Shown here one piece after another: positions 18,654 to 26,280 of a DNA stretch of 26,739 nt. Position 1 is the first letter of the stretch. Each line of letters opens with the position of its first letter. The notes beneath the pieces were generated by a model. That model was not told where the DNA came from. It did not search any database and saw only the letters and a program-made list of their open reading frames with translations. The stretch lies in IMG/VR virus record IMGVR_UViG_3300032248_000494, positions 1 to 26,739 of that record; one strand, 5' to 3'. A program made the position numbers and the translations under genes. The DNA is from a virus (Duplodnaviria; Caudoviricetes).

Positions 18654-19736
18654 TTAGTAAGTTTTTACGTTATTGTTTTCAGATATGATTTTGTAAAGTT
18701 CCATCTGTGAACCGTTCTTTGTAGTTATCCAATATTGTACGGCTTTTGGATTATTTATCCATAAATTACGTTTATGCCACGGAAAATCTGGATGCATATA
18801 TTCTTCCCATTTTAAATCAGATAATTCTTCTGTATTTTCTTCTATTATTTCCGGTTCATGTGGATTATTTTCCACTATAACCTGATTTTCTTCTTCTAAT
18901 GTTGGATTTTTTCCACTATCTCCGTAAATTTCATAATTTTTTTCCATTAAATCATCTAAATCACCCATATCATATGTTGGTTCTTTTCTTTTTGTCCCAA
19001 TCAAACCATTAAACGCTATAATAAGAGCAACGGCAAGTGGGTCAAACACTATTACAATCAAAAATATGAAGAATTTTACAACAGTATTCAATTCCAATCC
19101 AAAAGCCTCTGCAACAAATCGAAATCCGCCAACTTCTTTTTCAGTTTCTATATTATTATTTTTAATTTTATTAATTTCTTCGTAATTTTTATTATTTTCT
19201 AATGTTAACTCATTAATTTTTGCTGATATTTGTGTTATTTCTTTATCTGCATTACGAACCATTGATGTAATACGGCTTGTGGAACCATTTTTATCTACAA
19301 TTTTTGAAATATTTGCTTCTTGTGAATTACGAATTTGTTGTTGATTAGTTAATTGCGTTGTATATCTAGTAATTTCACTTTCATTTTGTTTAATTTTATT
19401 ATCAAATACAGAGATTTCTCTATCAATTTGATTCAATTTGAGATTCTGTTGTTGAAATGCATTGGATAGATAGCCAAATATACCAGCCGATGTTATTAAC
19501 ATTAATACGGCAACCGATATTGTTAGATACCACTTGTTAAATCCACTAATTACATCCCAATTTTGTTTTAAATATGTAGCTGAAACTAACTTAGCAAGTT
19601 CCAATGAAGATGCCATTATCATTACTGATACCGAAGCTCCTGCAAATAAAACACCCAAACCCGTTACTGAAAAGTATGCGGCACATCCTGCAACAATTAG
19701 TGCAGAAGTTCCGACTAAAAATTTAAGCCAATTCAT
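18654..19736 (-). CDS. Membrane protein with three N-terminal TM helices, long coiled coil and a further TM segment
   Basis: 360 aa. Hydrophobic segments at about aa 5-55, 70-92 and 219-246 flank a heptad-rich region; acidic C-terminal tail. Confidence 0.7.
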   Translation of the reverse strand: MNWLKFLVGTSALIVAGCAAYFSVTGLGVLFAGASVSVMIMASSLELAKLVSATYLKQNWDVISGFNKWYLTISVAVLMLITSAGIFGYLSNAFQQQNLKLNQIDREISVFDNKIKQNESEITRYTTQLTNQQQIRNSQEANISKIVDKNGSTSRITSMVRNADKEITQISAKINELTLENNKNYEEINKIKNNNIETEKEVGGFRFVAEAFGLELNTVVKFFIFLIVIVFDPLAVALIIAFNGLIGTKRKEPTYDMGDLDDLMEKNYEIYGDSGKNPTLEEENQVIVENNPHEPEIIEENTEELSDLKWEEYMHPDFPWHKRNLWINNPKAVQYWITTKNGSQMELYKIISENNNVKTY

Positions 19737-19745
19737 AATATTATA

Positions 19746-19922
19746 TTATCTATTAATTCTTGTAAGTTCGGATACTCTTTCTACAATCTTTCTGGCATCT
19801 TCTAAGGTGGTGTGTGCCTCAGATGGTGACATTGATTGTGCACCAGTAATTCCATTCTGTAAAATTCGTAGCTTTCCATCCAAAGATTCTAATAGGATTT
19901 GTATTTTTTCGTCGTATATCAT
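19746..19922 (-). CDS. Small hypothetical protein (58 aa, below the ORF-track cutoff)
   Basis: MIYDEKIQILLESLDGKLRILQNGITGAQSMSPSEAHTTLEDARKIVERVSELTRINR*. It fills the gap before the 19736 start and is preceded by ATATTTATT at 19926-19934. Confidence 0.7.
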   Translation of the reverse strand: MIYDEKIQILLESLDGKLRILQNGITGAQSMSPSEAHTTLEDARKIVERVSELTRINR

Positions 19923-19943
19923 AGTAATAAATATTTTATAAAT

Positions 19944-19977
19944 AAAAAAAGGTAGAAATTTAAAATCTCTACCCTTT
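19944..19977 (-). terminator. Intrinsic terminator downstream of hsp20
   Basis: Minus strand AAAG-GGTAGAGAT-TTTAA-ATTTCTACC-TTTTTTT: 9-bp stem with one G-U pair, followed by a T7 tract. Confidence 0.75.
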
Positions 19978-20000
19978 CAAATATAAGAAAAATAACTGAA

Positions 20001-20375
20001 TTAACCAACTTTTAAGGTTAATTTTTTTGGTTTGGATTCTTCTTTTCTTTCAACGGTAATAAGAAGAACACCATTTTTAATCTCTGCTTTAGATTTTCTA
20101 CCGTCTAAATCTTTACCCAAAGAAATTCGTTCATCAATATTTGCAGTTAAATCATTAAGAGGTGATTTTACATCATCCTTTTTTGCTTTAACTTCAATTT
20201 TATCCTCATAACAATTGATTTCAATGTTTTCTGGATAGTGACCAATAACAGATAATGCAATGTGTGCAATATCATCTTTTACATCAACTGCAAACTTATT
20301 TGGAACATAAGTTGTTGAACGATTTGAATAATAAGGTGTTTCAAATAAATCGTTTAAAAGTGCATCTACTAACAT
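20001..20375 (-). CDS. Small heat shock protein (Hsp20/alpha-crystallin family)
   Basis: 124 aa. ENIEIN...IEVKAK...KAEIKNGVLLITVER...KPKKLTL alpha-crystallin pattern. Confidence 0.85.
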   Translation of the reverse strand: MLVDALLNDLFETPYYSNRSTTYVPNKFAVDVKDDIAHIALSVIGHYPENIEINCYEDKIEVKAKKDDVKSPLNDLTANIDERISLGKDLDGRKSKAEIKNGVLLITVERKEESKPKKLTLKVG

Positions 20376-20418
20376 AATAATTTTTTTTAGTTAAATAATA
20401 AATTTTCATACTATATAG

Positions 20419-20461
20419 TTCAATTATTGTACCAACTTATTATTATTTGACAAAATGTCAG
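20419..20461 (-). promoter_or_regulatory. sigma54-like -24/-12 element plus TGACA-N3-TGTCA inverted repeat upstream of hsp20
   Basis: Minus strand TTGGTAC-AATAA-TTGAA at 20435-20419 (consensus TGGCAC-N5-TTGC). Perfect inverted repeat tgaca-aaa-tgtca at 20448-20460. Confidence 0.55.
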
Positions 20462-21109
20462 TTAAATAGTATTATCTTGTGACTCAATTACAGTTGACAT
20501 ATGATCCGCCCAATGCATTATATATGGTAATTTAAATCTCATACGTTTATTAATATCATATACTTTTAAATATTTCTCATTATCTTCATCATATAGCCCA
20601 TCGGTTAATTTCATACCAAAATATTCAGATTCAGAATAAGTAATACCATAGTTTTGTAAGGTAAACATAGTTCTATCAGTTAGAGTCATAAAAACATCTT
20701 CTGTATTTTTTTTATAAAAATCTCCTCTATTTTTAACATGCCATTCAGAATCATTTGGAATATAATGTAGATTTTCTTTAGTACCTAATTTTCCTAAATC
20801 GTGATGTAATGCACAAAATATTAATTCTTCATCAGTAAAATCGGGCTTACCCCCTAACTGAATAAATAACTCCTTTACTTTAAGTGCATTCTTACATACA
20901 TTAAAAATGTGGTCTATATAACCACCTGGATATGCATTGTGATATCCGGCATTACCACTTGCAGGCGATAGTGTTAAATTACCACCAAGCTCAGATTCGG
21001 AGTACATGTGAAGTAATTTTTCTAGTCGTTCTCCTTTAAAATATTTTTTGACAATTTGAATAAATTTGTCATAATTTGCACGTAATTCAGCTTCTGTTTT
21101 TTGTTTCAT
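20462..21109 (-). CDS. HD-domain phosphohydrolase (YhaM-like HD domain)
   Basis: SPAS...YHNAYPGGYIDH...CALHHDLGK...MHWAD. Confidence 0.85.
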   Translation of the reverse strand: MKQKTEAELRANYDKFIQIVKKYFKGERLEKLLHMYSESELGGNLTLSPASGNAGYHNAYPGGYIDHIFNVCKNALKVKELFIQLGGKPDFTDEELIFCALHHDLGKLGTKENLHYIPNDSEWHVKNRGDFYKKNTEDVFMTLTDRTMFTLQNYGITYSESEYFGMKLTDGLYDEDNEKYLKVYDINKRMRFKLPYIMHWADHMSTVIESQDNTI

Positions 21110-21137
21110 AATTTAAAGTTTAATTGTTTATTATACT

Positions 21138-21169
21138 CTAATATACAACAAATTTTTGATATTGCCAAA
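21138..21169 (-). promoter_or_regulatory. Bacteroidota-type sigmaA-like promoter (TTTG-N20-TATATTAG) for the HD gene
   Basis: TTTG at 21169-21166, 20-nt spacer, TATATTAG at 21145-21138. Confidence 0.6.
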
Positions 21170-21170
21170 T

Positions 21171-21488
21171 TTATCTTCTAAATAATTCTTTCTTTGTTAG
21201 TATTTTATAGAGAATTTCTACTTCTTCTTCACTTGTAAGTTCTGGTAAATCATCATCAAATAATCTGCAAGTAAATATTGGATTACCTCCTTCATCTGTA
21301 AATTCATCAGACTCCGATGAAAATATTGTGGGTAACATTTCTATATGTTGTAATTGTTCTTCATCTATATCAACTAATGGAATTATATAATAATGGTATT
21401 TATCACCATCATCGGTGACATCCATTCTATGGGATTTCCATTTATCAAAACTTGCGTCTGTTATGGGAGTTTGTGGAATTATAATCAT
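21171..21488 (-). CDS. Acidic hypothetical protein
   Basis: 105 aa ORF with its own promoter-like element. Confidence 0.65.
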   Translation of the reverse strand: MIIIPQTPITDASFDKWKSHRMDVTDDGDKYHYYIIPLVDIDEEQLQHIEMLPTIFSSESDEFTDEGGNPIFTCRLFDDDLPELTSEEEVEILYKILTKKELFRR

Positions 21489-21492
21489 ATAA

Positions 21493-21524
21493 CAAATATA
21501 CGATAAATTTGTTACAAAAACAAA
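21493..21524 (-). promoter_or_regulatory. Bacteroidota sigmaA promoter (TTTG-N20-TATATTTG)
   Basis: Exact match to the -33 TTTG / -7 TAnnTTTG consensus; the ATG at 21488 follows after 4 nt. Confidence 0.7.
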
Positions 21525-22054
21525 TTATTTTTTAAATTTTGTTTTTCAATAAATAGCATCAATGTAATTCTATTACCACTTGTAATGATATCCACCGAAT
21601 GCGGCGTAGAAGATTCAAAAATATATACTTTTCCTGTTTCGAATTTTATTAATTTTTCATCATTATTTTCATATATTTTAAATTCGCCGCCAGTAAAATC
21701 TTCTTGTGAATTTAAATGTATACCAACTGTGTATATTCGTAAGGGGCCGTTTTTTATGTGATCACTATGTTTTACAAAATAATCGCCTGTTTTATAATTT
21801 CTATAAACAGTGCATATATTATTATTTTTTATTTTTTTAATACTTGGTATATTATTTAACCATGTAATAATTTTATCTATAAACCATCTCTTTTCGTTTT
21901 CTAAAATTGAATTATAAGACACCATTTTACCTCCAACTTCATTATATTTTCCAGCAAAATCAACCGGAATTATATCATCTATACCCATTTCCATATATGA
22001 AATTATTTTATCACACTCTTCTTTACTAAATAAAATTTCTTCTTTATGCAGCAT
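21512..22054 (-). CDS. 2OG-Fe(II) oxygenase (prolyl 4-hydroxylase-like)
   Basis: FSKEECDKII, YKTGDYFVKHSD (HxD), DFTGGEF and PHSVDIITSGNRITL (distal H and R). Confidence 0.9.
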   Translation of the reverse strand: MLHKEEILFSKEECDKIISYMEMGIDDIIPVDFAGKYNEVGGKMVSYNSILENEKRWFIDKIITWLNNIPSIKKIKNNNICTVYRNYKTGDYFVKHSDHIKNGPLRIYTVGIHLNSQEDFTGGEFKIYENNDEKLIKFETGKVYIFESSTPHSVDIITSGNRITLMLFIEKQNLKNNLFL

Positions 22055-22667
22055 CTTTCATATTATTTATAAACTCTATTGAGTTATTGGTTTTTAATAA
22101 ATCTATTAATAATGTATATCTTGTGGTATTACCCTCATTGGTCAAAGTATGAATTTTATCTGTATTGAAATGATATAGATAACCCTCTTCCATTTGAAAA
22201 AAATGAACATCTTTTCTAAATCTATTTTCTAAATCTTTTTTAAAATATGTATTAGCTTCTGTCCATCCTTCTTGTATTTCATCCAAATTAGTACATGCTA
22301 ACCAACAATCTTTGTTTGTTTGAATTGGTATTTGCATTCTAATAACATCTCCGGCATCTCTATCGTTATGAATACCATAGGATGTATGTGGTAATTTTCT
22401 CATAATACGAAAACTACAAACATCACTAATTCTGTTAAACATTTTCCAAAGCTCATAAATATATGGTATATTTTGTATGGGATATTTGTAAAATGGGTGG
22501 TTGTTATGAAATTTTTTGTGTGAATTTGGGCACATATCTTCGGTTATAACAGATACCGAATGTCCGTGAGTTGAATGATTAAAATCACATAAATTTAATA
22601 CGATTTCTAAATCATTATTAAGTTTTGTAATATCAAATTTTGTTTTATATACTTTAAGCATTTTCAA
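22044..22667 (-). CDS. 2OG-Fe(II) oxygenase, aspartyl/asparaginyl beta-hydroxylase-like
   Basis: RIMRKLPHTSYGIHND (HxD), RMQIPIQTN and YHFNTDKIHTLTNEGNTTRYTLLID. Confidence 0.8.
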   Translation of the reverse strand: MKMLKVYKTKFDITKLNNDLEIVLNLCDFNHSTHGHSVSVITEDMCPNSHKKFHNNHPFYKYPIQNIPYIYELWKMFNRISDVCSFRIMRKLPHTSYGIHNDRDAGDVIRMQIPIQTNKDCWLACTNLDEIQEGWTEANTYFKKDLENRFRKDVHFFQMEEGYLYHFNTDKIHTLTNEGNTTRYTLLIDLLKTNNSIEFINNMKDAA

Positions 22668-23193
22668 AAAAAGTTAATAACCAATTTTCTTTTTTCATAT
22701 TATTTTCTTCAAACATTTTATAAGATATTGATTGCCAATTTTCTATATCAGATATTATTTCTGTAATTCCCAATTCAAATAATTTATTAAACATTGCATT
22801 GCACCATAATGTGCCTGAGTTTTCTGGTTTTTTAATTATTTTTGAAGAAGCTAAAAAAAGATTATATCCCCATGCAGTTGTTTCATTTGTTATAGTATAA
22901 AATTTAATATGAGATTTATTGATATCAACTTCACCTATTCTCCACCAACCCCAACCTATTATTTCATCATTATATTCACATAGAAAAAATAAGTTTTTAT
23001 TTGAATTAACTCTATCCACAACAATATCCCATGTTGGAAATTTATCCCAATCATATCGCATATTAAAATATGTTATCAATTCTTTAATATTCAATTCATA
23101 GTTTAATAAATTAGTAGTATCTATACTAATAATTTTAAATGGTTGATTATCTACCACCACAAACCATTCAGGAATTAATCTATATTGTACCAT
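22654..23193 (-). CDS. GNAT-fold acyltransferase-like protein
   Basis: FFLCEYNDEIIGWGW...YNLFL...GTLW...LFELGITEIISDIENWQSISYKMFE follows the GNAT beta3-beta4-alpha3-beta5-alpha4 pattern, with a divergent acetyl-CoA loop. Confidence 0.6.
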   Translation of the reverse strand: MVQYRLIPEWFVVVDNQPFKIISIDTTNLLNYELNIKELITYFNMRYDWDKFPTWDIVVDRVNSNKNLFFLCEYNDEIIGWGWWRIGEVDINKSHIKFYTITNETTAWGYNLFLASSKIIKKPENSGTLWCNAMFNKLFELGITEIISDIENWQSISYKMFEENNMKKENWLLTFFENA

Positions 23194-23199
23194 AATTTA

Positions 23200-23781
23200 T
23201 TATAAAAAACTTTTTTTATTTTTTATTTCAATATCCTTATCGCCTATTTGTAATTTGAATTTTTCCATCTTTATCCAAATATTTAGTGATTTACGAATTC
23301 CTTTTGTTACGGGCATTACTCCATGCCAAACCTGATGGCCATCGAAGGATATCCCATCTCCCTTATTTATTTTTGTCAATAGTGATTCATCTATATTATC
23401 ATATTCTATTTTGATATTCGTATCGGATAATAAAAATCTTCCATCTGCAAAATCATCCGTCAATACTATTACTGTAGTCAAATCGGATATTGTATCTCTA
23501 TGCATTTCTAAAAATCTTCCATCAAAATATCGTGAAAGAGTAATATAGATTGTATCTAATGTTAATTCATTAATATCAAACGGTAAATTTTTATGATTTG
23601 CAAATACTTCCTTATATCTGCTTAGTATTCTTTCCTTAAATTCATCATTATGAATTCTTCTATTATCCCATTTATTTTTTACAGAGACGGTAGTTTGTGC
23701 ACTAAAGCCAATTTTTTCGCATATACTTGCTATATCATCACATTCTTCTTTCGTAAAAAAAGTTTGAATGTCTTTCAACAT
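23200..23781 (-). CDS. 2OG-Fe(II) oxygenase
   Basis: FFTKEECDDI, RYFDGRFLEMHRD (HxD), LTDDFADGRF and WHGVMPVTKGIRKSLNIW. Confidence 0.9.
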   Translation of the reverse strand: MLKDIQTFFTKEECDDIASICEKIGFSAQTTVSVKNKWDNRRIHNDEFKERILSRYKEVFANHKNLPFDINELTLDTIYITLSRYFDGRFLEMHRDTISDLTTVIVLTDDFADGRFLLSDTNIKIEYDNIDESLLTKINKGDGISFDGHQVWHGVMPVTKGIRKSLNIWIKMEKFKLQIGDKDIEIKNKKSFL

Positions 23782-23790
23782 ATTAAAAAA

Positions 23791-23889
23791 TTATGAGTTT
23801 AAAATCAGTCCAAGTAAAATTAAAAATTTAGCTTTACATTCTGCTCTTTGTTCTTCTGTGAGTGTTTGGATTTCTTGCGGTTGTGCCAT
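23791..23889 (-). CDS. 32-aa micro-ORF (candidate substrate/partner peptide)
   Basis: MAQPQEIQTLTEEQRAECKAKFLILLGLILNS*. ATG lies 2 nt after the upstream TAG and the stop 9 nt before the next ATG, so it fills the intergenic gap. Confidence 0.6.
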   Translation of the reverse strand: MAQPQEIQTLTEEQRAECKAKFLILLGLILNS

Positions 23890-23891
23890 TT

Positions 23892-25286
23892 CTATTGTTT
23901 ATAATTGTATATAATAAAGTTACTTGCAATTGTTTGATTTATGCCATTTAAATTAGTTCCAGATAGAAATACATCATCTGGTTCTATATTAATTTTTACA
24001 ACATCTCCAACAAATTTTTCATAATTTATTGATAATATTTTTGCTATATTAGTATTTGATATAACAATGTAATCACCATAAGCCAACTCTATTCCCTGTT
24101 TAAATGTTAAATTTTCTCCATTTATATCACATGCCAATATCAATTCAACTAAATTTACCAACATAGAATGTTCTGATTGTTCTATTTCATAATTTACTTT
24201 AATAAACCATTCATCAACATTTTCAATTAATTTAATAATTACCGATGCAGTAGTATATCCAATATCTGCAATTGATCCAGTATGATGCCAGTTTAATACC
24301 CCCTGTGCCGTTTCTACACTTGAAAACCCTGGTAATAAAGTTGCTTTAAGTGTATCACCAATCTCAACATCAGAAATAGGAATAACAATTTCTTCACCAT
24401 TAACAATTTTTACAGTTTCATATATAGATGGTATTCCTTTACCAATTCTGTTTGGATTACTAAAATATAAAATTCTAGAGTCATTATCCAATTTAGTATC
24501 GGTATATGTAATATACTGCTGTTCTAATGGAAGTGCATTTGGTGAAATGTATCCTCCAAAATCAATTGTTGTTTCTGCATCAGCGCATAGTATAATCCAA
24601 TATCTAATGTGGTCTTTAATTTTGTTATGATATAAATTATTTGGATTATATTTAAATTCTTGCACAATTAGAGTACCATTTGTATCAAATACTGTATCTT
24701 TAAAACTATTTAATTCTTGTTCTGTATCAAAATTATAAAATTCAGGATATTCATTTTTATCAGCATCTGGTAAACTTTTTTTAATAATTAAATTTGGATG
24801 AATTCCATTATCAACTAAATTATTTAAGTTATCAAATATATCATTATCTTTTTTGAAATATGTTTTGGGAATTAATTCCGTTTCATTGCCATTAAATATT
24901 AAACGTAGTAATTCTTTTTTATCTCTACAATACACATCATCTATAATGGCAGTAATATCGTAAGATAATCTTAAAGTAAATTCGGTTTCTAAATCATCGT
25001 AAGATGGTACAGTTATACTATCAAATGGAACTATGACAGGTTCAAATATAATACTATGTGTATCGCATATTTGTTGTAATCTATTTACAAATTGAGTACA
25101 TACGTGAACATCTTTATAAATTATTCTAAATTTAGTAAAAGAATTAGTTACCAAATATCCTTCCAATGCATCAAAATCAAATGAATTATAAGATGAATCT
25201 GGAATGTAAGTATCACTATTCATTTCTAAAAACTTCAATTGACCTTCAAGATTTAGAAAATCCAATCCTAATAATACTGCTTTCAT
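23892..25286 (-). CDS. Circularly permuted ATP-grasp-like ligase fused to a degenerate C-terminal Hint (intein-like) domain
   Basis: N-terminal LGLDFL...LKFLEMNSD (D...ExN) precedes DKKEL, LIPKTY, LIIKK, LIVQEF and IRYWIIL. Residues ~284-461 show ISDVEIGDTL, ELAYGDYIV, VVKINIEPDDVFLSG and FIIYN Hint-type blocks. Confidence 0.65.
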   Translation of the reverse strand: MKAVLLGLDFLNLEGQLKFLEMNSDTYIPDSSYNSFDFDALEGYLVTNSFTKFRIIYKDVHVCTQFVNRLQQICDTHSIIFEPVIVPFDSITVPSYDDLETEFTLRLSYDITAIIDDVYCRDKKELLRLIFNGNETELIPKTYFKKDNDIFDNLNNLVDNGIHPNLIIKKSLPDADKNEYPEFYNFDTEQELNSFKDTVFDTNGTLIVQEFKYNPNNLYHNKIKDHIRYWIILCADAETTIDFGGYISPNALPLEQQYITYTDTKLDNDSRILYFSNPNRIGKGIPSIYETVKIVNGEEIVIPISDVEIGDTLKATLLPGFSSVETAQGVLNWHHTGSIADIGYTTASVIIKLIENVDEWFIKVNYEIEQSEHSMLVNLVELILACDINGENLTFKQGIELAYGDYIVISNTNIAKILSINYEKFVGDVVKINIEPDDVFLSGTNLNGINQTIASNFIIYNYKQ

Positions 25287-25304
25287 ATTTTTTATTGTTT
25301 TGTT

Positions 25305-25317
25305 TATTTATAAATAT
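25305..25317 (-). promoter_or_regulatory. Putative late-promoter motif ATATTTATA overlapping the perfect palindrome TATTTATAAATA
   Basis: About 20 nt upstream of the ATG at 25286; same word as upstream of the structural genes. Confidence 0.45.
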
Positions 25318-25328
25318 TGTATTTTTAA

Positions 25329-26039
25329 TTATAGTAATTTAGAAGATTTTGATGGATGAAAATTAATAACACCACTAGTTTTAAATTTATTTGGTCCGCT
25401 AAGATGTGCATAGTGATTTCTATAATTTGAACAATAATTTATATTATATTCATTTATTAATAATGCTAAAAGGTACTGGCCAAGTATTACCGATATTCCA
25501 ATTGATGGGAACAAATCTCTTGTTATACTCCATTTTCTTATTTTATAATATAGTTCTATATATTTTTCTTTTAAATTCCGATTTGGTATTTTTAATATAC
25601 CAATGTTTGGTACATTGATTCGATTTATATTAAAGTTTGGAATCAATTCTCTTATACCATTATCCATAAAAAAATCCAAATTCTCTGTGTACCATATTTT
25701 GTTACTATTATCCATAAAATCAAAATGTGCATCGCAGCCTGGTTCCAAATATAATGGTTTAAATAAAAATAAATCAGTATCAACTATTACCTCATCATCA
25801 TCTATTATTGTTAATAAATGAACTTTGAAATCATCTACAAAATAAAAATCAGTAGTATCAATTAGTTTAACATTGGTATTAGAGATATTTAAATAAGGCA
25901 AAGTTTCAATATCTGTATAAAAATTTACTTTATGATGTAACAGTGCACATTCTACTGCCTTTTCTATTACGTGTTTGTACCTATCTATTAGATGAATTGA
26001 ATTTTTCAATTTGATAGTAAAACAAAAAGATATAGTCAT
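25329..26039 (-). CDS. GT-A-fold nucleotide-diphospho-sugar transferase-like protein (DUF6734-like)
   Basis: VNFYTD, DDFKVHLL, VIVDTDLFLFKP (DxD), VPNIGIL, LGQYLL and YAHLSG. Confidence 0.6.
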   Translation of the reverse strand: MTISFCFTIKLKNSIHLIDRYKHVIEKAVECALLHHKVNFYTDIETLPYLNISNTNVKLIDTTDFYFVDDFKVHLLTIIDDDEVIVDTDLFLFKPLYLEPGCDAHFDFMDNSNKIWYTENLDFFMDNGIRELIPNFNINRINVPNIGILKIPNRNLKEKYIELYYKIRKWSITRDLFPSIGISVILGQYLLALLINEYNINYCSNYRNHYAHLSGPNKFKTSGVINFHPSKSSKLL

Positions 26040-26055
26040 TATATATTTTTAAAAT

Positions 26056-26280
26056 TTAAACATCCCACTTATTCAATGGACACGCATTATTAACAGGGGT
26101 AAAAATTTTCTTACCAAGTGCGCATCCACATTCCCCACAAACCCATTGGAATACGACTGATTCTTTTCGACTATCACATTTCATACATACTTTCAATCTT
26201 TTTTCGGCAATATGGGATTGTTCAGGTGTTGGATTCTCAGCTCGCCACCAACTTATTACTATTTCTTTTACTTTGTTCAT
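26056..26280 (-). CDS. Small Cys-rich metal-binding protein (DUF6171-like)
   Basis: KRLKVCMKC...CGECGCAL.KK.....ACPLNKW. Confidence 0.7.
   Translation of the reverse strand: MNKVKEIVISWWRAENPTPEQSHIAEKRLKVCMKCDSRKESVVFQWVCGECGCALGKKIFTPVNNACPLNKWDV

Noticed and set aside
23817-23894. Possible TAG readthrough or recoding (code 15) extending the ATP-grasp-Hint protein
   Set aside because: Genes throughout the window are full length under the standard code. Readthrough would add only a short tail, and a better ORF starts 2 nt later in another frame.
23904-24437. Active intein / mobile element
   Set aside because: No N-terminal Cys/Ser, no TxxH, no C/S/T after the Asn, no homing endonuclease and only a 3-residue C-extein; treated as a degenerate Hint domain instead.
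1461-25821. Short plus-strand ORFs in the track (e.g. 12334-12756, 19534-19941, 7786-8106)
   Set aside because: They lie antisense to well-supported minus-strand genes, mostly have TTG starts and carry no recognisable motifs; they are shadow ORFs.
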